Positions 25,679 to 37,796 of a DNA stretch of 64,000 nt are shown here, piece by piece (the first letter of the stretch is position 1; each line of letters opens with the position of its first letter). The stretch is from Eledone cirrhosa. Taxonomy: Eukaryota. Below the pieces are notes generated by a model. It saw only the letters and a list, made by a program, of their open reading frames with translations, made no database searches and was not told where the DNA came from. The position numbers were made by a program, and so were the translations under genes. The stretch lies in contig OZ024743.1 of NCBI GenBank assembly GCA_964016885.1, positions 48,546,001-48,610,000 of the forward strand, given 5' to 3'.

Positions 25679-25729
25679 GTTGTGAAAATTTTATTAAAAT
25701 TCTGGCCTAAAAGGTGTAGCATAAAAGAG
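25679..25729 (+). CDS. PPP2R5: PP2A B56 duplicated exon, variant B: VVKILLKFWPKRCSIKE
   Basis: tctttcag acceptor, gtaaga donor, 51 nt, phase 0/0. 13/17 aa identical to variant A, with 5 synonymous differences. Confidence 0.85.
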
Positions 25730-27164
25730 GTAAGATGTTCAAGCTTTTTGTGCTTAACCCGGAGGAGGATTCAATAGCTTCACATATAGTTTGTCTACCC
25801 CCAACGTCAACAAACTCTCTCCTGCCTGGACCTTTGTGGATCAATAATAATAATAATTAATAATAATAATAAAAACAATCCTTGATAACATCAACAGTTT
25901 TGAGTGAATGTAATATATTGCTTTTACATTTGTTTCCCTCCAAAGAAAGCTATACGAGATTATATTCCGATTCATCTGATTCCAAACTTTGCACTGTATT
26001 GTTGTATTGATTTTGAACTGCTAGACCCCGTCTGTGTTTTTTCAGTGTGACTTGCAAAATTAATATTGTTGCTTATCATTTTTGGCTTTATGTTGTCTTT
26101 AATACTTCTCTGGAGTTTTTGTACCCTCTTTTTCTAGTTCCCTATTCATACTGGATTCTCATCTGTTTGAGATCGAGAAAAAGCAAAAGAAATATATTTT
26201 CTTCAGTTTAAAATGTGCTACCTTTCTGTCTAACTAATTTTAATTGTGGATTCCCTCCTCTCACTCTTTAAATATTAAACTGAACTTCATCCAGCATCAT
26301 ATATACTAATATTTCTATGTATTTAAACTTGCTGATAGTATCATGAGGACTGAAACAGGTTATGATGAACTTGTAATAAGGTTAACTTTATGCCAATTAT
26401 TTTAACATGTTTATAAATATTACTTAGTAAGCATACTCTAAATAGAACAATGTGAGCCATTAGATGTCTAAGATAATAGTATTAGTTGTTGTTGTTTAGC
26501 TCCAGGTCAGCACTGATCCAGCAGACCTTTGGTCAAAGGTGTTCTAACCATGACCAGACTGTCATAGGATTACATTATCAAATATATCCTTCCCTTTTTT
26601 AATATGATAGAGTGAGTAGGGCAACAGTCTAATAACTGAAACCTAAGAAAAGAAAAGTAAAATTTTAAAAGATGCGTGATGTTTAACTCTTAACATCCTG
26701 TAAGGATTTAGCAGAAAATTGCTAAAAACTGGCTTAATTCAGATGGTTATAGTATCTATATTGGTGGACACATCATTGTGAAAATTTGCAGTAAACTAAA
26801 ATAAAGATACACATTTTTATGTGATGCAATCATAGTGCTGTTTTATAGTTTTTGAGAATTCCTTGCAATGTGGTTTCAGAACATTTAGTTAATGTAATAA
26901 AAAATAAACAGGAATCTTTCTACTGCTGTTTTATTCTCTTTCCTTTTAGGAGAAAGAAAACATAGATATCTGACAAGCCAACAGTTTATCCTTTTGAATG
27001 CAGACCATTGTTCTTCCAGGCTAGAAAACTACACAATAAAGTTGAATGTTTAGGCATAACACCGCTCTTTTCAGCCACCCTGAAATGTTGCATTAAATGA
27101 CATTGGAACTCAATGTGTATTTCTATAATCTGTTATTTAGTTTAACCCTTTTATTACCATATTT

Positions 27165-27665
27165 AAGGTACAGCATGGCCAACTGGCCAGACATGTCTCA
27201 TAAAGGTGCCACCCAGTACCACACTGGGAACACAGTTGGTTTTAGGAAGAGCATCCAGCAGCCATAAGAACCTTACCGTAACATGGCCCCACTATTATGA
27301 GCAGCCAAATGGCCAGAGCCCCCCCCATAATGGGACCACCCAGCTCCCAAAATACGGTTCTGGTGTGAGCAGGGTACGCTGTGGCCAACTGGCCAGACCC
27401 TCCTCATAATGGTGCCACCTAGTTCCTCACTGTAAAAACTCAGCTAACACACAGTCTAGAGCAAGGTATGTCGCCCCATCTGGCCAGACTTGTCTTATAA
27501 CAGAACCAACCCGGCCCTACACTATACGTGGTTGGTGTTAGGAAAGGCATCGATCTTAGCCAAAATACAGTTCCATTTGAGCAAGGTAGCATGGCCAACA
27601 GACCAAACTTGTATCATAATATGGATGACCCCTCTAATCCATGGAAAAATAGATGTTTGACGATG
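27165..27665 (+). repeat. Retroposon 3'-UTR-like region with ~4-5 degenerate sub-repeats (ggccaactggccagac...tcataa.ggtgccacc)
   Basis: Recurring motif; contains two gttggtgttaggaa.ggcatc boxes like the RTE tail. Confidence 0.6.
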
Positions 27666-30600
27666 ATTCTAATAAATGACACGGCCAATGATTTTCAAAT
27701 AATTTTTTAAATAATCAAGAATTTTGAAAAATTTAGTACTGTAATTAACTTTTTCATTAAAGCTAGTGTAAGGACCTTTAATAAAGTTCCTTACATGAAA
27801 TTATAAAGGAAAGTTTTTAGATAAATATAAACTGCTTAGTATTCTAGAATTGGGGCAATTTAGTATCAAAATGTGCTTTTTGTTGTAAATAAATAATTGT
27901 GGTGCCTTGCTATACTGATAAGTTCCCATGGTCTATAAGTGTTATTTCTACTTGCAAGATTCATCCTTTCATGGATAATAAATAAATTACCAGTCATGGG
28001 ACAAAACATTGTCAGAAATTTTAAAGCATCAGACAACACGCCTTGTATCTGTTCATGCTCTGTACCTCCAGCTATGTACATTCTGATATTCATTTTCAAC
28101 TAAGTGACCTTGAGCAACATAAAATGAAGTGTCTTGCCCAAGGATATAAGCCTGTCACCATGTCTTATAATCAAACTCACAACTATATAATAGTGAACCC
28201 AACACCCTACCCAATATGGAATGCTTGTAATTTTATTCATGCTGTTTAAATTGGTAAGATCTACTATTGATTTGGTATTCTGTTAAAATACAGCACCATA
28301 TAAAAACTGTAACATTTCTTAAAGGAACTTTCCATATTATTTAATGTTACAACAGCATCTGTATATTCCAATGATGTCAGCTGATTGAAGTCTGTACTGG
28401 CTTATTAGGTCATCAGTTATTGCTATATTTACTTTTGTGTCTTCATTTTCTTTAATCTCCTCTATAATCTGATTCCATAGCAGTATATAAGATTTCTTTT
28501 CACTCAGTTGAAGTACTGTTGTTCTTGACTTTCTTGTTACTTCCCTGATCAGAGTCTCTTTCAGTGTTCTTCAACTCTGTTGTTTATAGCTTATCCAGTT
28601 TTATCATTATAATTCCTTCCCATAAATACATTGAGATGTTGATGTTCCAGTTTGTCCATCCTCTGTCTTTTGGTTAAACTCTTTTTGCATTGTATTGGCA
28701 GAAGTTGATGTCATTCCTGAACATAATTGTAATCTTGTATTTTCATTTATTCTTTTACTGGTTTTACTCATTAAACTGTGACTCTGCAGAGGTACCACCT
28801 TGAAGGGATTCAGTCAATCATAACCCCAGTACATTTTTTTCAAGTCTGGTACTTATTTTATGAATCTGTTTTTATCAAATCATTGAACAGTTTCCATCTA
28901 CCAAATTTAATTCACAAAACATTTGGCAGCCTGAGTCTATAGTAGAAGACACTTGCCCAAGGTTCCACACAATAGAAGTGAACCCAAAACCATATTTTCC
29001 AGTTTTTATGTTTCTTCTCAAGCGTGTCTTTGCAGAAGGATGTCATAGTAAATGTAAATAGCATTATGTGGGAGTGAACTGGGGGTGAGTGAAAATATTG
29101 TTTTTTGTCATTTTAGATAAATACATATAAATAACCCTCTTATTTTGAAGAACTTTATAATTCTTCAAAATTGTTGAAGAGCTGTATGAACAAGAAACTG
29201 GACACATTAGGTATAGGATTAATTTTTGATAGTGTTGAGTTATTCAAATCATACCTCACACCAAACAAAAATGATGGATCCACTATCAGCTTCAACAATA
29301 AATAGTCAGCTATTTGTTCAACTTCCATATCTACTCAGATATAAGCTGAGAAATCATTGATAAAAAAATTGTTGCTAAGATAGTCAATATTTTGCCAATT
29401 TTCACCAACTTCAAATTCTACATAAACGAAGTGATAAAATATTTTCACTTTGGAGGTGAATATTACACCAGTTTCACTTTGGAGGTGAAATTTCTTTTTC
29501 CTACTTTTTGTGTTTTGAATGACTGTCCTTCAAAATGGTTGGAAATTGGTAAGAAATCATTATGTAATGGAGTTGTGAAACAAAAACTATACTCTAAATA
29601 ACACTTTAAAATCGCACCATCTAAATATAATGTGTTTATTAACTGCCTCAGCTTATAAACAGGGTTTGGATTTTTCCCATTTCTCTGACATAAAGTAGGT
29701 CAGCTTATATGGTATATATGGAAAATTTCCTAACACAAGAATTAACATGTAGTGGTTGAGTATTCTACAGACATGTACCTATAACTAAATTTCCTAGTCA
29801 AATCATTGTTACAAATAACATGTGATGAATAATCTTTACTTCTGAATCCTATCTAGTCCACTTTATGTTTTAACTCTCAGTATTTATTTTTCTGTTTTAC
29901 AATAGTATTACATATATTTTGTGATATAACTCTATTAGGAGTAACTACTACTTATATTAGGGATAACTCCTACTCCCCAGCTTCATTAACATTGTTTCCT
30001 GCACTCAATGTTAACTCATCAAACTGTACTCCACTTTCTTTTTCAAACTCTTCTCACCAGACTAATGAAGAACCTATGTGGTTACTCAGCTTGAAAGAAA
30101 TTCCTGCAAATCATCTTATTGTTAATCCTTTCATTTCTATATTTCTAATGAAAGACACTGTTTGCAATTTTCAAATTATTTTGAAAATGATCAAGAATTT
30201 AGAGAGATTTATTAATATAATGAACTTTCTCATTATTAAGCTGGTGTTTGGAACATAAATTTTCTTACATAAAATTATGATGGAAAGTTTTGAGCTAAAT
30301 ATAGACACTTTAAAACAAACAGCTTCATATTGTAGAACGAGGGGTGGTTTCAGGCAGCTTCTTATCAAAAGGATTAAAATAGAGAAGACACATTGGATAA
30401 TGTAGTTTAAGAAAAAGGAATAGATGATCATGATTAGAATACTTTTGATCTTCAAGGCAACATGGATCTAAACAACTTTTTTTTCTTCTAGTATTTCAAG
30501 ATCAAATGCCAATATAAAACATATGTCATTAGTAAATAGGAAATGCCACTTTTACTGCTGAAATTCCTTCTTGCTATTTATCTTTAGCTTTGGTTAACTC

Positions 30601-31899
30601 TCAATTAACCCAGTGTACTATTAGGCATTTAGAGCTAAGTGATGTATTTTCTCTGAATTGTTAATACCACATAGTCAGGATTTGACCTCACGACAAATTT
30701 TTGAACTTACAAATTTTTCACAATTAGACTTCTATTACACTCAACTTTTTAATCCTTTCATTACCATATTTCTCATCATATATGGCTTGAAAATCATTTT
30801 GAAAAGAATCAAGAATTTTGAAGGATTTAGTAATATAAACTTATTTCATTATTTATCTGGTGGTGGATTGGCAGTATTGGTAGAGGGTCGGACGCCATGC
30901 TTTGCAGCAAAAGTTAACTTTGCCTTTCATGTAGTTGTGATTATTAAGCGTTACAAAATAGAGGCACAAAGAATATAGGTAGACATATGTTAAGTATTTA
31001 AAAGACAAATACTTTTTTTTAATTAGTTTTTAAAAAAAAATTCTGACCTCCCTCACACACACTCACAGACATCTTTATACAGTTTTGAACATGCAGTTAA
31101 TTATAAGTTTGCTGTCTTTGTTACGGAGATGAATATGTATTTCTGAATTTTTATATTATTTATAACCATTGAGTTATTTATTAAATTTAATGTGGTAATT
31201 AATAATTATTGAATTGGTTGTATTGTATAGCTATGTAATGATTATAAATGGTATCATTTGCTAATTAATTAATACACATTTGTATTGATTAATTGCTGTA
31301 ATTGTTTGGACTACTGATCAGTTGTTCTTAATTAAGTGTCACACTGGAACTCTTTAGCTTCTGATTCCTTAGACACAACTTGAGAAGTAGGACTGTGAAG
31401 GGGGCAAAGAATTCTGAGAGCTCTACATAAATTAAACTCCCAGTTAAACATTCCTCTTGTTATAGTACTCACATTTCATTCTTTGTGCAGGTTTCAACAT
31501 TACAATAGTTTAATACTATGTATTATCTATAAGGTCCCCATACTAGTTGATATCCCTAGAATCAATAGTATTACCCAGGGATTCAATTAAACTTTAGTGC
31601 TAAAACCTGACATCTGTAAGAGAAATGAAAATATATAAAATAATTCAATAAAATATAAATTGCTTCAACAGGTTCATGATTTATATATAATTAGTTTTTA
31701 TTGTCTTTATTTTATATTCTGTTTACAGATTTATATTTTTGTACATGCATGGGATGAGAGGCCAAGGCTTCAATGAAGGGGTCAATGGTCTAAGAAGTTT
31801 GGGATGCCCTGATGAATCTACTAAAATGAAATAAAAGTTAATCACATAGAAACAATAACATTTAAGGATTCTTCTGAAAATATTTAGCAACACTCTTGG

Positions 31900-32200
31900 C
31901 ACTGAGCTACAAGATAATAATCTCACTGTATTTGAAGCATTTATACAGTGATATGGAAGTTTCGTTCAGAAACTTGCTAAAGAGTTGGGAGATGAATTCA
32001 TTTGTAGGGTACATGCTGCTAATATTGACATTACAGTACAGGAAAGCTTCACTGAATTACAGTGTGATCAAACAACTCAAGCTAAACTAAAATGTGGCAA
32101 GCATAATTTATAGAAAAGTTGTAAAATTGCTTAAGAAATTTCCACTGCTCTGAGAAAAAGTGAAACTGTATATTATTACTTTTCCACTTCTTGTTGAACT
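31900..32200 (+). pseudogene. Degenerate hAT transposase C-terminal remnant
   Basis: YLKHLYSDMEVSFRNLL, QESFTELQCD and PLL*EKVKLYIITFP.LVE resemble the hAT dimerisation region. Confidence 0.5.
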
Positions 32201-32242
32201 TTATATCATCATTATACATTCACTTTCAATACAGGGTAGAGA

Positions 32243-32518
32243 GGACTCTTCCCTGTATTGAAAGCGTATGGCAACCTCTCTAGTGCTGGTGCCACAATAA
32301 ACTACACCCAGTACACTCTGTAAAATGGTAGTGCTGATGCCACATTAAAATGCACCCAGTACACCTTGTAGAGTGGTTGGCGGTCGTTAGGAAGGGCATT
32401 CTGCCACAGAAACCATGCCAAATACAGAATGTAGGAGCTAGATGAGTTCTCTCTCATCTAACTAGACAACCTGTCCAACCTATGCCAGCATGGAAATTGG
32501 ACATAAAGGGATGATGAT
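32243..32518 (+). mobile_element. Retroposon/SINE 3' part with two ~49-bp sub-repeats and an RTE-type tail (relatives at 47870-48168, 55835-56060, 56298-56505, 57940-58060)
   Basis: tagtgctggtgccacaataaa..cacccagtacactctgtaaa occurs twice, then gttaggaagggcat...ccatgccagcatgga...gatgatgat. Confidence 0.7.
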
Positions 32519-33550
32519 TTCATTGCTGGCATGGGCTGGATAGGTTGTCACAGACCAAAACAGATCGGAGAAACGTCTTGTTCATGCACTCCATTGTCGT
32601 CATGGCTTCTGATGCTAACCACTTTACAGAAAGTACTGGGAGTATTTTATCATGGCACATGTTCCCAAGAGATCTCCTTTCGAAGGTTCAGTTTCTTGAT
32701 GTCATTTTTCACCTCTTTGTCCCATGTTTTCTTTGATCTCCCTCTTCTGCTTACTATCGACAGTGGTCTTTGTTTGTCACTAACAACATTGCAGCCAGGT
32801 ATTGAAAAACTTTAATTGAAAATTTCTTTAATCATCGACAAAGTTCACACAGAATAAAGTGCCAATCATAATTATCATCTTCATTTTTACATCAACATTT
32901 CCATGCTGGCATGAGTTGGAGAGGACTTTCTAAGGCAGTGTTTTATGGTCGGATGTTCTTAACTATCACCAATACTTTTAGTTACCTCTTCCAACATGTG
33001 GGTATATTATGTATCATCCAGAATAAAGGCAAAGATTCTGCCTTGCGAGCTCCATAATAGGATTTATACTCATAATAGGCTTCTTTTTGTGGCAATACAA
33101 ACCGATTTCTTTGTTTCTAACTTTTTTTTTTTTTTAATATAAATTAAATAAACGTTATTGAAGTTATTTTTTGGCAGACCTCATAGCTTATACTTCTGTT
33201 CTGCTATACACATCTTTATAGAATTTTGCTTACTAATACATGATTTTATCTATATAGAAATGGTCATCTCTGTAAGCTACTACAAACACTTTGTTTTTAT
33301 ATAACATAACAGCTACAATTAATAAATATTACAGGTAATGATAAAATAATATGAGGGCCACAATAGAGGTAAGTTAGATTCAGAAGCAGAGGTTATGAAC
33401 AAAACAAAACAAAAAAAAAGATTTAGAATCACTGTTTTAGGTGATACCTCTTTACTGGTATTTAAAATAGTCATTGTATGTTATGTGACAGTGTTGTGAT
33501 GCTAATGTTTATTGTAACAAAGTGTCATGATAAATGCTGCTTTCTTCCAG

Positions 33551-33670
33551 GTAATGTTTCTGGGTGAAATTGAAGAAATACTTGATGTGATAGAACCACC
33601 ACATTTTCAAAGGATCATGGATCCACTGTTCAGGCAAATAGCTCGTTGTGTATCCAGTCCACATTTCCAG
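33551..33670 (+). CDS. PPP2R5: PP2A B56 exon [40 protein letters not shown]
   Basis: ttccag acceptor, gtaagg donor, 120 nt. Conserved B56 motifs [11 protein letters not shown] and CVSSPHFQ. Confidence 0.97.
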
Positions 33671-34848
33671 GTAAGGCAACAGTTTCTTGTTTTTTTAGGG
33701 GTGACGGTGATCAACACAATATAAGGTATGTACATTCCACTGTACATAATGTAATAATAACAATAGAAAGAAAAACTTGCACATGACTTTGTGTGAGAAA
33801 GTTATTAAAATGTTAGCAATGCAACTGAAGCAGGTGACGTACAAAGTAAACCATTTTTGTTTACATTTTCAGTTTTCATTATTTTTTTCAAGATGGAAGC
33901 AAAACAGACATTAATTGTGCTGTGAAAAGGTTGTTATCTGCCTTGCATCTGTTTAAATTTGATTTGACCAAAACATTGCAAGCAGCTGTTATAACAACTT
34001 AAACCTTTCAGCATTTAACTAGTTACACACATAACATCAGGCTAGCTTCACCTTTTCACCATATTTCTAATAACAGACACTGTTTATGATTTTCAAATAA
34101 TTTTGAAAATAGTCAAATATTTGAAGAGTTTAGTAATTACTGTATATACTTGAATATACTTGAATATAAATCTAGGAATATGTGGCAAAAAAAAAAAAAT
34201 TGATGATAAAATGGGGGAGGGGTGGGCTTATATTTAGGGTCAATATTTTGCCGATTTTGGGTTAATCCAACCAGATTGCTTGAAGACAGTTGCTTCTGAC
34301 AGGACATGCTGGTAGGCATGTCCCCCATGACCCTCCCTGGAATAAGTGGGCAAAGAAAAGATAAAAGCAATGGATTGGTTATGACATGGCATATATCATT
34401 AATTTATCTCACATGCACTGGTGGTCGCTTGCATGCTTTTGAATACTTTCATGAAACCATAGTGTATATTGAATTACATAATTTTCCCCACCTGTCAAAC
34501 ACGTCCTTGCTTTATTGTCTACTCCTCAGTACAGTCTATCACACAAAAGACAGCAAGTTTTTGACAGTAATGACAGTACCTGTCCTTAACCCTTTCATGA
34601 CTCTATTTCTAATGAAATACACTCAATTTCAATTAATTAATGAATTTTCACAGATTTACTAAAATTATTATTTAATTCCTAACATAGAAACTTAACATAT
34701 GGTTCTTATATAAAATTATGTTGGAAGATGTTAAATAGGAACCATTTAAAATGGGTGGTTTTGTTTGATCGAACCAGAACCAATTTTAGATGATTTGCTA
34801 TACAAAGAAGTAAATGCCGACTAACCAGAATGAAATCTCTATTTACAG

Positions 34849-35078
34849 GTTGCTGAGAGAGCACTATATTACTGGAATAATGAATATATCATGAGTTTGA
34901 TTGAGGAGAACGCTGTTGTGATAATGCCAATCATGTTCTCATCCCTTTACAATATCTCCAAGGATCACTGGAACAAGACTATAGTTGCGCTGGTCTACAA
35001 TGTTCTCAAGACATTTATGGAAATGAATACCAAGCTCTTTGATGAACTATCTGCTAATTATAAGTCAGAAAGACAAAG
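34849..35078 (+). CDS. PPP2R5: PP2A B56 exon [21 protein letters not shown]...[13 protein letters not shown](r)
   Basis: Branch point GACTAAC at 34819-34825, ttacag acceptor, gtaaat donor, 230 nt (phase 0 to 2). Motifs [13 protein letters not shown] and [21 protein letters not shown]. Confidence 0.97.
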
Positions 35079-35269
35079 GTAAATTTGCATATATATATAT
35101 ATATATATATAAAACTTAAATGATTTTAAAAACCATACAGTGCATTAGAAAATTAAAGGTGCCAAGATAACGATAGCAAATTTAATAATAATTAAATTTG
35201 CTAAGGTAAGATTCTATCGATATCCTGGCACCTTTAATTTTCTAATGCATTGTATGGTTTTTTTTACTC

Positions 35270-36260
35270 AACTGTCATCCTTCATGCGCATCACATGTCT
35301 TTACCAATGCAGTCTTCTTTCATTTGCACACTAACATTACTTATCTAGTGGCACATGCTTGCCTTATTTCTTTTGGGCTTTCATACATCCTCCACAATTG
35401 TTGCTCATGTATCACTACCATGTAACATCACACTTGAAGAAGAAGAGAAAAAAATCTTCAACTTTTTCCACACACATCCTACTCTGGCTCCTATGCTTTT
35501 AGAGTATCCTTCTCTGCTGCAAAATTTGTCTCTTAAGAAACAGGAGCTATAAAATATGCATAAGGAGCCATCTCAGCATTTAAATGGGTTTATTTATAGG
35601 GTTCTATTACTTCTAGTTAGCCCTGTGCATCTGCTATATCTGAAGTATATCTTCTCTGTCAGCCTACCTGTAATCCCACTGAATTGTTTGTGTACCTGCA
35701 GTTTATATTGAGTGTACTGAATGACATTCCTACCTACCTTTATTGTCTTTGCTAGATTCACTTTAAAACCCCTTGAATGTAGGTTTTGTTCCCTCATATA
35801 GAATTTCTTCTCTAATTCTTTGACAGATTTATCTATGAAAACTAAGCCATCAACATGCAGAACTTCACATGGATCTTAGACTTTGCTGTTATGGCCTGGA
35901 TAACTATTATAATAAACAGAAGGAGTTTGAGAACCAAACCCCAATGGACACCTAACTGCATGCTAAACTATTGACCATGTACTGTTTGTTCTCTTATGCC
36001 ATTTACAGCTAATTTTCTTAATGACTACCAAATTACAGAACCTGATAACCTGCTAAAATCCTTTTCCAGGTCAACAAATGCTAAGTAGAGGGTTTTGCTA
36101 AGAACTCATGTAGTTGTCTTACTCTGAAGAGGGTATTAAAAGTACCTTGTCCTGGCACAAACCAAACTGCATCTCGTTTATTTTCCAAATTTGTGGTGCT
36201 ATAACATTTTTTTGCTATTTTCATAACTTAGTGAATCAGTTTCTTGCCTCTAACTGAGGA
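35270..36260 (-). mobile_element. Old degenerate RTE LINE fragment
   Basis: Remnants of QFGFVPGQG, YLAFVDLEK, VGVHWG, GFKVNLAKT, SGITGRLT and RHVMRMKDDS. Confidence 0.8.
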
Positions 36261-37036
36261 TTCACTTCATTGATATTCTGAGATTTTCATTTGTTTGTGT
36301 TCGTCTCTTTGCCTTCTTAATGAACGCACTCAAACAAGAAACTCAAAGTATCAACAGAGTGAGCCATCATCTTCAAATAAATAAACTAATATATACTAAC
36401 ATGTGTGTGTTTTGAAATGTTGTTAGGTCATCTTTGATGTCCAGTATACAGTAGATACGGGGTTCCCATAGGCAGTTCTGTCGCTTTTCTAAGATATATT
36501 CACATGTATAAATGTATTATTTAAATTTATCATAAAAAATCTTAACCACTTATATTATATTATACTTTGAAATCACTGCCACATTTCTCTTAAAAAAATA
36601 TTTACACATATTCAATTCTCATTCAGTTAAAGTTTAAATTTTTTAAGTACAACGGTATTTTATACACCCATTCCTCTAAAAATAAGTGACAAAAAACAAC
36701 ACATGTAAGACATAATTTCAGCACAACATAAAGCAACATCATCATCGTTTAACATCCATCTTCCACACTAGCTGTCCCTTTGTAAGGGATCAGGTCGAAG
36801 GACTGTGATTCACTCACACAGAACTGGTTTCTACAGCTGGATGCCCTTCCTAACACCAACATATATATATACCCAACCCAAATCAAAATGAAACTTCAAA
36901 AAGCTACTTAGCGATACTGGGTAGCGCAAAAACTATTTAAAAAATCATGCAAACCTATCTATATAATGTTTTTAAAACTCATTTATTTTTGGTGTGTAAT
37001 TAATTTCTTTTTTGTTGTATATTGTAAATGTTGCAT

Positions 37037-37068
<32 letters not shown>

Positions 37069-37796
37069 TAGGTGCACCTTCAAATCATTATTAGTATTTT
37101 CCTTAAAGGACTAATACAGCATTTAGCCTTAGTGTGAATATACTGATAGGCAAATAAATGATATTGGTTTAATGTTACTCATCCCATGCCTTATCTTTCT
37201 GTGAAGTGGAATGAAGTAGACACCTGTAACTGGTTGCCAAAAACCAAACAAGACTAGTCTACTTGAGTTGTTGTGCATCTATTTTTACTGTGAGACTAAA
37301 TGTATTCTTTTATTCTTGTACTAGTTTCAGCCATTTGACTGTGACAATCCTAGAGCACTGCCATTATAGAATTTACTTGATCGTATTGGCCCCAGTACTT
37401 ATTTTTTTTTATCTCTCGTTGAAATGTTAGATACATAAACAGTAAATATTAACAGATGTATCATCATCACTGTTTTACGTCTGTTCTTCCACGCTAGCAT
37501 GGGTTTAACGGGTTGTCCTGTTGTGGGCAGTAGCCAGTCGGCTGACCTTGTCTTGCTCATACGGGAACTGTGTGTGTATATACTACACAATTTCTATTTA
37601 CAAAATTTGACTCAAAAGGCTATAGAAGACAGTTGCCCAGGTTCCATACAGTGGAACTAAACCCCAAATCATGTAAACTTATTTTCATTTTGTGTGCGTG
37701 TATTTATAAACTAATGGATGCTTCTAAGATAAAATTGCTTCAGATAGTTTTTAGCAAGTCACTACAATGTAAATTAGAAATACAAAAGTAAAAGTA

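Noticed and set aside
25541-25777. Single 78-aa ORF or single long exon with an internal repeat
   Set aside because: Better explained as two exons with their own canonical splice sites; the spacer looks like intron (donor, T-rich tract, CAG).
18259-33550. A third, Thr-containing copy of the FWPK exon
   Set aside because: A manual scan found no further match; tBLASTn is needed to exclude it fully.
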